Assembly: GCA_051294905.1 (NCBI GenBank)
Contig: CM119372.1
Coordinates: 1,612,001-1,676,000, forward strand
From: Botryllus schlosseri
Taxonomy: Eukaryota
Direction: 5' to 3'
DNA: 64,000 nucleotides
In this document: piece after piece, positions 50,701-62,700 of the stretch
How the letters are laid out: each line of letters begins with the position of its first letter
Position numbering within the stretch: the stretch's first letter is position 1
Translations under genes and position numbers: made by a program
Notes under the pieces: model-generated
The model's database searches: none
What the model saw: the letters and a program-made list of their open reading frames with translations, nothing else
What the model was told of the DNA's origin: nothing

Positions 50701-53700
50701 GTCCGGTGTCGATCAAGTTTACTGGAATATAGAAAGTTTTCCTTCACAAGAACCGAATAAACGCAGAACTATAGTGCCACTAAGAATCTGGTGTGCAGTG
50801 CATCGTGTCATTAACGAATTAAACTATATACACGCTCATTGCATGACCATTCAGGAATACGACTGTTTCCAGCAGACAAGAGTAAATGCACAGAACAGAT
50901 GACTACATACTGGAAAGCGCGCATTCAATCACTAATTTCTCAATATTATATCTAACACCATGTGGTTCGGGCATCGAATTGACTATAGCTCGCGTCGGGA
51001 AAATTGTTCGCGAACGGCGTTCTGGGATGTGTTTCTCTATTTATGTTCGCAGATCCACACATCGATCGTGCGCAGGATTGAATTCCAATTCGCAGCCACA
51101 CACAATACCACACTGTTAAATTTCGCGGTATTATTAAAAAGCTATCACCAAATAACGGGCATTTGCTCGACTAATTCAGAGAGTAGACGGCGCAATGTAT
51201 GCCGTATCTCTGCGTGCTCACTGCTCACCTCCAAATCGACATGTGCAAGTGCAGCAAGGTCACATTTATCCTTTGGCGTCGCTTCATTTAATTCAGTGTT
51301 TCTCAAACTTGTTCCCATCACGTACCACTAATTTGTTTTTTTACCACAGGGCGTACCACTAACTTGTTTTTCACTTCAGGTCGTACCTCCTGAATTACCT
51401 ATTTTACTTGACTGTACAAGTGTTTGCTGGTGATTTTGTCAGTAGTATACCGCAACATCAACGGATGGCAAGAAAGCATAATTTGATGAGATAATTGGAA
51501 CTATTTCTTATGCAGAAGCTCGCCAATCTGAGGGGGGACATTACTCACAGCACTCTTCGCGTATACCACCTAAGAAGCTCTCGTGTAGCCTACAACTGCG
51601 GTACGCGCACCACACTTTGAGAAGCACTGGCTAATTACTCATTGTCATTAGTTAATTTGCTCAGCTCACATGAGCACCAGTACCATTTTGTGAAATACTA
51701 AGTGATCAATATTTTTCGAAGTGCTCTATTGGCCATCATTGATGTGCTGATGACGAAATTGCGGGTACGACGAATAACCACGTCCCAGAGTATAGTAAGG
51801 CAAATCTCGCATACCCAGGTTTAGCGCGTTATATATGAACAATTTGTACATGGTTAGTTTGAAAAAGGTGGCGCCAACAAGGCAAAAATTCTTAAGTTAT
51901 TTGTGAATTCGGCCAGAAGTATTAGCCTAGCATTTTATAAAATACGTCGGAGCCGGAGCTACTTTTCAAACAACCGGCTCCAGCTCTTGCTCAATCAGAA
52001 TTTTTTTAGAACTCCGATAAAAATACAGGGCTCCTGCTCCGGCTCCAAAGCCCTGGTTATTATCTAGTTGTCCAATGCTGATGTATTGGTAGTTGGTACG
52101 AAGCGTATTAAGAGTTGGTAAAGTGAAGTCGTGGGTTCACACTCGCGTACAAGATACAAATTTTAACAGCATGTGAAGTTTATTCGAACTCGAATCTTTC
52201 ACGCGCTCGATCCTTGCTAGTCCGGAGTATAGACATAATGATAGAGCGGGGGTGGTCAAACTGCGGCTCTTTTTTGATTGCCATTTTGCTAGAGAGGTTT
52301 AACCAGATTATAGATTGATGCATTTTGTCACGTAATAACAATATGCGCATTGTTTCCGTGTTGTTTCTTTCCTTCTGGTTTACGTTTGTAAAATTTAGGG
52401 GATGCTCATCAGCAGTTGAAGGAACTGCTCCACACTTCTTTGACTTCATATCAACCTGAATTCAAACACCGTGTGGGGACGCAGCGAGAGCCTACATTCT
52501 AGGGATGGTGTGAACGTGAGGTTCACGTTCGTGTTCTATGTATTTGAACCTCAGTAATTTAGAGGTTCACGTTCACAAACGAGCCTTGGTAGGTTCTGCA
52601 CTGTGAACCTTTTTCATATAATACAATTTTCACGTTATTATAACATCTTTGGTTGAAATTTACTTCATTTCAACTGCGAGTCAGTCAATGCATTAGGGTG
52701 GTCCTTAAAAACGAATTTCGGAAAGTTGTTGGTCTGACGCTGCCAAAATGTTTCTTTTGGTTAAAAAACATCTTGTGTAAAATTTTATCGATATTCATTA
52801 ACGTTTAGAGGTGGCTCAAGGGATCCGAAATTCTACCCGTATCAGGTACGGAACACATATAGCCACTTTATATTTGCTAAACGCTTGAAAGTCTCGATTA
52901 CCTCGTCTGGGTATTAGCTGATCATTGGCAGGGGTGCCATGATGACAAATATCATATTATTTTGCCAAGTAAGCTCTGATTGAGGGTGTTGAGGCACATT
53001 TTTGGCGCAGGTCCGCAACAACCCTAAATGCAAACTGCAGCTGGTCCTCAATTTTTTTGTGAGATGGGCGTATTATATTATCTCTTATGTACTTCGCCTA
53101 GGCTAAGGTGGGTGTCTGATCTTAAAGGCTATTCCAAGTTGTTTCGACACCTTCCTATCTTTTCAATTTATCGCAGTCTTGTGAAACGATGAAAATATTA
53201 ATAAACCTGACTGATTGATGGGCATAAACATCCTCAATCAATGCGTGGGACGTTCTGTGTGGTCGTTGGACACAATCAATGTGAGTGTGAATCTTGTTGC
53301 AGCAATAAAACTAGACTGTCCCTTCCACTGAGCTGCCGGATATTCAAGAAAACCATCGGAAAGGCGCAAGTTTTCCTAAAATAAGTGTTGTCTGCTTTGT
53401 CAATTTAAGTCTTCTCTGGAATGTGTTTAAAGTTAATAATCACACACTCCATAATAGTTATTCTTCCGATTCAGCCTCTTTTATAGCAACAACTATCTTA
53501 TCCGTGGTGCCCTTGTCCAGATCGTCATCAAACAACGCCACGCCAATCAACCCCGAAGACGGCAACCACAGTTGCCCTACAATCTTCCTCACCGTAGCTT
53601 TAGATATGTCGACAATATTCGCACGATACTTCTGCAGCTTTAAACATTCACATTAATGTTGGCTGTTGCCCATGCTTCAACGTGGATGCGAAATAGAATA

Positions 53701-56700
53701 TGCAGACTGCAGAGTTCCCGCAAGCCTCTATGCTAGCTCGAACGAAACATCCGGACCAATTTCGCTACCCATAGATCTTGGTGCATGGCTACCGTAGTTT
53801 CAAAGTGGACGCCTCGAAAAGGGACAGCGCAAAGGCAAATAAAGGCCAAATCCAGTACTCTGTAATGATCTCTCGTCTGAGTGACTTTCACAGCTGTCTC
53901 CAATACCTTCGCCATCTCATTTATCATGCTATAGTCACAGCATCGGATGTATGATGATCAGTTAACGAGTCCTCAAATGTAGTCTGGTCAATGCGACGTC
54001 ATCTTCTTTTGAAGCAGTTGACCAAGAGAACAAAAGGAGCGGTCAAAGTTACCCGGGCTTCCGAAAAGACTGATGCAGGCCAACCATCTGCTCTAAAAGA
54101 ATGCAGGTTCTTTAGTGCCGACCGGCATCGGAATCAAAGAATATCCCTGGATCTTTTTCTTTAAATCCCCGTCTTTCAGAATAGAAAAGATAGCCTCAGC
54201 TTGTGCTTTTCATATCCTAGATAGTAACTTAAAGCTAGTAGCTGCGATTGGCCAGTATTTGTCACTAGCATAGGCAGTCCGTCAACAGCCTCCATTCCAG
54301 TGACATCTGGGATTAGTTTGCCATCCCTGTGCACAATGAGTGGAAACTGTGGGTCTAACTAATATTTAATTTCTTTGGAGATGATTCTACTATTAAAGAG
54401 GGTCAGTATTAACTTAAAAAATCTTACGGTAGAAGACTTTATTCAACTTAACGACGAAGAAATCACCAATTATTTTAAGAAACCCGCGTCTTTCAGGTGT
54501 TTTCTGGAATATTAGGGTGCTTAGAGGAAGGAGCAGCCTAGTTTCATTGCCGCAAAAACTTTCATCAGCACATTAGCTGTCACCAGCTACCAGGATGAAT
54601 GTTGCAATGCCTTAGTTGGGGATTTTTCTGTCCGAATCACGAAGGAGAATGAGTAACTGCATTTTGCATATGGAGTTTTTGGTGACCGAGGCGAAAAGGC
54701 TTCCTAACACCCTGAAGCTGACCTTACTTGGCTGCGGCAATTGCTATTGGTCATCAGGACACGCACCCCAGCCACTGACCAACTAGTAGCCACGCGACGG
54801 AATCCAGGCTGGAACGTTGGTCAGGGAGCAGCTATAGAAGTTCAAATTTGCAGCTTTATATTGCAAATGGGTATAATTTCGGATCCATTGAGTCATCTCT
54901 AAACATTACTGAATATCAATAAAATTTTACACAGGGTGTTTTTTAGCCACAAGGAACATTTTGAAAGGGTCAGACTAACAACTTTCCAAAATTTGTTTTT
55001 TGTGCTTATTCAATCAATTAATGAAATAGATATCGTTGTCTGATGTAAAAAATCTAGCAAGCGTACGGGCCTATGGAGTCCATCTCAATTTCATGTGTTT
55101 ATTGTATTATAAATACCATATCCCTGCGATTGGGGTGTTGGCTACTGCTGTATAACTTGTTAATGCAGTGGTTCCCAACCGGGGGGGAATTCCCCCCTTG
55201 GGGGGAATTTTGATATTCTTAGGGGGGAATCTGGCTTAATTTTTTTAGGGGAAATCTGGCTTTGGCATTGTATCGGAAGATACACTGGGTTCACAAGGTT
55301 TTTAGATTTATATGGTATAGAACTGTTAAGTAGAAATTAGTTCTTAACAATTGTATGTTTCTTTGGCGTATTTCAAGCTAGGTGTATGTTCAAATGCCTT
55401 CCGTATATATTACACCCCGTGATAAAGTGAGACTTACGAGACGATTTCGTTGGGTCCACGACAGCCTCTCGACCAAATTGCTATTAAGCAAGAAAACGTC
55501 AAGCCGACTTCAGCACAAGGCCGCTAGTGAAATTGTTTAACTTTTTAAGCCAACATATGAGCTAACGTGAAAAACATACCGTACCAATTCATCGATTCAA
55601 CTCAAGTCCATAGCGAGCGGACTTGGTGATTTATTTTTCGTCAGCGGCTACCCAACCGGTGAAAAACAGGTCGAATTTGACTGTATTTTACCAAAGTTTA
55701 GTGCGGTCCGCATTCGCCATACTTCGGATATATCTGAATATGTTTGGCCATTAGTTGCTCAAGATAGCGTAATGGTGAACAAGATAGCGTAATGGTGAAG
55801 CGTCCGGCTTCTTGATCGGTAGGTCGTGGGTTCGATCCCCGGCCGGGTCAGACCAAAGACCTGATTATAGTAACACTGGTATCCATGACTTCCCTACTTG
55901 GCGCTCATGCATTACTGGGATAGCCTGGAGGGGTGGTGCCTGACTTAAAAAGCCGTAAAGGCTATATCTGCACTTCCTTGTCCAGCGGCATATGCACACC
56001 ATACGCTCATGGTGTGCATATTCACAGATCGTGTGTATGTGTATCATGAGTCGGTGTATATGCCGCAAAAAACAGCAAGGACAAAAATAAACTACGTCCT
56101 TTCCTTTTCATTCAACAAGTGGTTGCGCGTTAAAAAGCACATTTTTTTAGTCACAGGCAACTTTTTCATAGGGGGGGAATTTCAGCTCAAATATATCGGC
56201 AAAGGGGGGCACGAGACGAAAAAGGTTGGGAACCACTGTGTTAATGGGATAATATCGGTAGCAAGTATAGAAACCCGTTTTACACTCTGCTCAATATTAA
56301 CATAGCAATTCTCAGACGCCGATTACATTGTCTGGCCTGGCCTAGACCGCTAAGGCATAAGCATATATTCCCTTCCAAGTCACACCATCCCTACTACATT
56401 CGTATTTTTGTGTTGTGGCTCTTTTAAAAGTAGGATTTTTTTACGTGCGGCTCGCGCATGAAGCAGGTCTGCTCACACCGTGTGACAGACTAGGAGACGA
56501 TAGTACCACACGCATACCCTACCCAACCACAATCCCTCGAATCTCATCGGCGTTTCCGAAGCTCGACCTCGCAAGCCTGTATCCTGTCTGTTCACACATT
56601 TGGCGAGCTTGACTGTACGTAGCGACTTCGGAACTCACGACGTAGTGGCTGAAGGCCCGCACAGGTGCAGCGATAGCTGGAAATAATCGGGAGGGTCGAC

Positions 56701-59700
56701 TAAATGGCCGATATCGTCACAGGCTGCCGCATGTGTTACGATGGCGCTTAGCCACATGTTGATGGCTTTACCGGCCGGTCAAATTATTCAGATGGGTGTT
56801 TGGCACACTCAAAATCTGGCTTTGTTGAACTGCTAGAATATTTTCAGCTTCTCCAAATTATATTAGAATTCAAATCACTGAATTCGCAAGAAATTGCACT
56901 AAATTCCGAATCAGACCGAAATGCAACAAAAATTAAGTCAAGCTCATATCAAAGCAGAGTTGATTCCCACAAGCATGATAATGACAATGGTCTGTACACC
57001 AATCATGGCTCGTTTCGCACGATACAGTTCTCCAGTAGTAGTTTCAGGAAAACCAGAAATTAGATTAGAATTGAAATAGAATTACAGAATTGAAACATAC
57101 CACAAAGTAGATTAAAATTATGTTACCGGCATTTCGTCGCAAATTAGTCGACTTAAACAACTAGAATTATCTAGCTGTCCAAAGTTTGGAAAGTAGGACA
57201 CACCATACATATAGCGATGAAATAGCAAATTAAACGACACGCCGACAGACTGTTTGGAGGACTCACGTATTTGACAGACATATCCGAAATGGTCTCCACA
57301 AGTGTCATCGTTCCAATACCCATTATCTACCATCATGACACAATCTTCCTGGCCTCTTGCGTCATCCGGCTGTTTCGAGTCCCTATTCATGAACAAATCG
57401 AACATGGAAGCTTCATGGCAAGTGCGATGGCATCGATGCAATGCAAGCACTCAAAAGAATTACGCTCAAAGGGGTTATGTATGTTATTAAAAGGTGCTTT
57501 CTATTCGGTACAGACTTATATACAAACTATACTGGAATTTTAAAATTCACAGCGAGAACAAGAGCACTTACTCACTTTTCAAAATTCGCAACTAGAACTA
57601 GAATTACTCACTTTTCCAAGCTCGCATCCAGATCTTGAACTAGAACTAGCCACCTTCAAAAATCAGCAACTAGCTAACTAAAACGCAATGAACTAGATTC
57701 AACTTCGAAGCAACTCATTAAGTTTATTTTATCGGAATCGGATCTGCTTTCCACCTAAACATCAGTACAAGTTTGAGATGGGAAGGGTTTCGAACGCCAA
57801 AATCCACCCCCTGACCAGGCCATTGTTACATAGCGATGACTCAGAGCTGGCAATGGCTGCAAGAACATCACACAACAGAACACCGGAATCACGATTCACG
57901 TCAAACAACGACACGTGTTTTCCAGCTGTTCGGTGACTATTTTGTTAAATGCGCAATTACAACTAGAACTAGAACTACTCACTTTTCAAGATCCGTAACT
58001 AGAACTAGAACTAGAACTACTCACTTTTCAAGATCCGTAACTAGAACTAGAATTAGATCTACTCACTTTTCAGAATCTACTACTAGAACTACTCACTTTT
58101 CAAGATCCGTAACTAGAACTAGAACTAGAACTACTCACTTTTCAAGATCCGTAACTAGAACTAGAACTAGAGCTACTCACTTTTCAGAATTCACTACTAG
58201 AACTACTCACTTTTCAAGATCCGTAACTAGAACTAGAACTAGAACTACTCACTTTTCAAGATCCGTAACTAGAACTAGAATTAGATCTACTCACTTTTCA
58301 GAATCCACTATTAGAACTACTCACTTTTCAAGATCCGTAACTAGAACTAGAACTAGAACTACTCACTTTTCAAGATCCGTAACTAGAACTAGAACTAGAG
58401 CTACTCACTTTTCAGAATTCACTACTAGAACTACTCACTTTTCAAGATCCGTAACTAGAACTAGAACTAGAACTACTCACTTTTCAAGATCCGTAACTAG
58501 AACTAGAACTAGAACTACTCACTTTTCAAGATCCGTAACTAGAACTAGAATTAGATCTACTCACTTTTCAGAATCCACTACTAGAACTACTCACTTTTCA
58601 AGATCCGTAACTAGAACTAGAACTAGAACTACTCACTTTTCAAGATCCGTAACTAGAACTAGAACTAGAGCTACTCACTTTTCAGAATCCACTACTAGAA
58701 CTACTCACTTTTCAAGATCCGTAACTAGAACTAGAACTAGAACTACTCACTTTTCAAGATCCGTAACTAGAACTAGAACTAGATCTACTCACTTTTCTGA
58801 ATTGGCAACTATCTGGAACAAAAACTGCTCAAACAAACATCCAGTAACCAGATTGGTAGTTTGTACAAGTCTGATTCGGTATGATGGAAAATCATGTATG
58901 CCGGGTAATATTTAACATAACTTACCAGTCAGCCCACTCCAATCGAGATCCGTCCAACCATTCATACGAATCTTCGGCGCCCCAATCACCCATACCAATC
59001 CAAATGCTGTCACCCCTGCACCAACATCCAATGAGCATATCCAACACAGTGGTTTTTTAATGGTGCGATTATTGTGATGTGGGATGGGTAAGGGACTGAC
59101 CGTTTTTAACGAGTTCATTAAATGTGCTACACGAAACATCATTGAAATTACATGCAACCGTCATTATTCTCGAAACTGATCCAACCAACAAGTTCGAACT
59201 CGCGCCAGAAAACTTGCGGCAGATCCTCGCACGTAAAATGGCCCATATGCTCTACGGAGAACGCCGAACAATGTTTGAAATAACAATCACGAAGGGGCAT
59301 GTGATAGACCCATTTAATGCTGCGTATGTGTATTAGGGCTGTTTAAAAATAATTTTTTCCGGATTCCAGCCATTCACTTATTAAATTGTCAGCCTAAAAA
59401 CGCTTCACACCAAATTTGGTTCAATTCTAACAAGTATAAGACTCCGCAGATTTAATTGAAATTTTAGGAAAAAGATCAGTGGATAATCCCGGAATTGTCA
59501 TCGAAAAACTCACATAACTTCGCTTCTACGGGTCGGAATTGAGTCAAATTTGTTTTGCATCGTCTTTGAAGACAGCTCAACAATTTCATGGGGTTGGTAG
59601 AAAAATTTGAATTTTTTTTTTTAATTTTCCCTAATAAATTAAAAATTTTAATTAAACTGCGGAGTCCTATACTTGTTAGAATTGAACTAAATTTGGTGTG

Positions 59701-62700
59701 CAGCGTTTTTTAGAGTAACCTGACAATTTAATAAGTGAATGGCTGGAATCCGGAAAAATAGTTATTTTTGAACAGCCCTAATGTGTATCTAACCTTGTTA
59801 AGGTGGCAACAGCGGCGTTCAAAGATTGGTATTTCGGCATCACTAGCTCCCCGTTCAACTGCATGCACCTGGCGATGGCGCCACTTTGAACGATCCAGTC
59901 GTCATGATCGTTATAATACCGCAACATCGTATCCCCGAATTGGGTTTCATCTCGCAATACTAGGTGTGAAGATATAATTGCCAAAATATCAAATACTCAG
60001 ATGGAAAATACAAAACCCTGATTTATACTATTATATAGCTGAATCTGGATCTGCGTAATACACTAATACAAGTCTCTCAATTCTACCAAATGGGCTTCAC
60101 AAATGAGATAGTCAATATACTAGTGCGGAGCGGGTCGACAAATTCTCTGGTCCGGCTCCAATCCGGTTGTTCAATTCTCTGGTCCGGCTCCGATCCGGCT
60201 CCGGTCGTATCAAGAAAAAGTACGGATCCGGCTCCAATCCGGCTCCGGCCATAAATGAAAAAGTCCGGCCAGAAATCCGTCCCTACACGGTACGGGGGTT
60301 CCGTGAATTGATAAATATGCCTCGTTTATGTTCGCACTGGCTTGCCGGTTACTTGCGTGTGGTTGGTTGGTTGGTTGGTAGTTATAGTTATAAAAGTCAT
60401 GCTTATCCATAAAGATTCTGACCGTATCAAAAAAGTAGTGATCCGGCTCCGATCCGGCTCCGGCCGTAACAGAAAAAGTACTGATCCGGCTCCGATCCGG
60501 TCTGGCTAAAATTGTAAAAATCCGGCCGGATATCCAATCCGGCTCTGGTCCATGCTCCGCACTACAATATACCCTCTATCCTGCGCCCCGTAAAGGTGAC
60601 TAGAATGTTGGCGAAGATTTTCTAGAAATATATTATCTGAAATAGAATCACGTATGACTGGAATCGCTGGTGGGTTTCTTTCCGCCGTCCCTAAATAATT
60701 TCGACAGACATTCTACCGAGTCACGTGTAGCCTTCGCCAGATGACGGTGTGATGCGCGCCAGTGTTCCAAAACTATAAATATCAAGAAATCGTGCGCCAA
60801 ACCGGTTGGTATAGTTGGTTTGACAGCGAGACCATATTTGGAGATTTCAAGAAGGACACGAGTCGCAAATGATCTTTCGCACGTCAAATTCAATGCTAAC
60901 GTACTTGCTTACACAAATAAGTGGATCGAATCACGGATAGCAAAGCTATTAATATCTGTTGATAGAAATAAATATATCCTACAAAGAATCCCAGCATGTC
61001 AAACGCTACTCATCATTCCTATAGTGCCTCGTAAATTCCAATGATTTGGGACAGACGTCCAAATGAAGCGGTCGCGAATCTGATTGGGAATCGGACTCCC
61101 GAATCATGTCCATCACGGTGCGTCATTGAATAATGAAAGTTAGTTTAAACCTAGACCCGCATCTTCAATGGTTTTCGCTGTCCTGCTGCACTTCTTTTTG
61201 AAAATCGCACAACAATAGTTTATTAGTGGCACGATGCAAACGATAGCAAACGACATAGAAAAAATATGGATCAGTCTTTTTTTGGTAACAAGTTGAATAA
61301 GATTCGTTATAGCGACCCCTGAAAAGCCTAGGCGACCCCCTTTGGGGTCGCGACTAACAGGTTGCCGACCGCTGGTGTATGACATATCTGAGTGAAGTAT
61401 ACCATCAAAACGTTCACATAACTAGAACTGATAAATTTAAGCCCCGGGAGCGTAATGATGCCCCATCATGAATATTTATGTTTCACATTATTAGAAAATG
61501 ATAATAATAACAACTCGCCTGTCACGCATTACGTAACGATGCATTACCTGAGCCCCGCACCGCACCATAAACATTGTTGCGTGGGTTATTGTATGTATTA
61601 TGATGATGACCTCGCCCTATTGAGTCCTGGTCAACACGTTCGATTCAAAAGGACAGAAAATGGCTTGTGGCTCGAAGCAGTGGTGATTGATTAAGCAACT
61701 GAATGACCGATCGTACATTGTAAAGGCGACGGATGGAACGACCTACCGATGCAACAGAAAGTTTATTCGAACTACTGTAACTCGCCCGCATGTTGCATTT
61801 GACTTTGACGCCATTTCGATTGCCAGACCAGCAGTAGTGAACAGCGACACTAATGGGTCGTTACCTGGTTCCAGTCACAGCAGGCCAAGCCGTACAGTAA
61901 TTCGACCAGCATACTTGCAAGACTATATTACAACTTGATTCGTTGCTGTAATTTATATCCTAATTCGGTTCGTTTCGTTTTCTATTATTTCTGTGATGTT
62001 TTGAGAGGGGGATGTTACGTGGGTTATTGTATGTATTATGATGAAGCTTCCCTGTAAAGCAGAGATGAGCGGATTTGAAATTTATATGTCCTAATCCAGT
62101 CCAAATCCGAGCCTTCAAATCCAAATCCTAATCCTAATCCATAATTTTTTCATATTCAAGTCCATGTCCAATCCTAATCCGATTCCAACTGGAAATTCAG
62201 AAATGATACTAATTTATGCAATGGAAGGATTCGAAAATTTTCTTTCACAACCAACGATTCACTTGATTCAAGATAACTTAGTAACCATAAGTACAATAAT
62301 AAATGATCTGAATAAAATTTTGTCGCCCCACGACATTTCAATCTCCCAGAAAATAGGTAAATCCAATCCAAATCCTAATCCGTTCCGAAAATGATGTCTA
62401 ATCCAAATCCAATCCAAATCCGACAAAATTTCACAAATCCTGTTTTTTCAAAACCTAATCCTAATCCAAGCTCATCTCTGCTGTAAAGTAGCAAGGTATG
62501 ACGTCATGTCTTACCCAACTGTGCATGACCGCATCACTCGTGCTTGGCCGCATTTTCTCTTATCTCATCTCTGGTTGATGGTAGGGCTGGGCACAATGAT
62601 TCGAGTACTCGAATCTGAATCGAGTATTAATTTTAATGATTCGAGTCGAATAGTAAATGTCGATTTTTTTCGAGTACTGAAATTATGCTCCTCGCCACTG

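Larger units (their letters stand above)
52500..56393. mobile_element. Family A element, inverted relative to the 45236 copy, with nested insertions
   Basis: Termini TAGGGATGGTGTGA...TCACACCATCCCTA; perfect TSD ctacattc. Internal segments are reverse complements of 45976-46153 and about 45490-45665. Confidence 0.85.

Noticed and set aside
57958..58800. CRISPR-like array
   Set aside because: There are no unique spacers, no cas genes, and the context is eukaryotic.
57836..58915. 359-aa Thr/Arg-rich ORF (TTHFSRSVTRTR repeats)
   Set aside because: It is the translation of an intronic minisatellite whose units are multiples of 6 nt, antisense to the lectin gene, with no other coding evidence.
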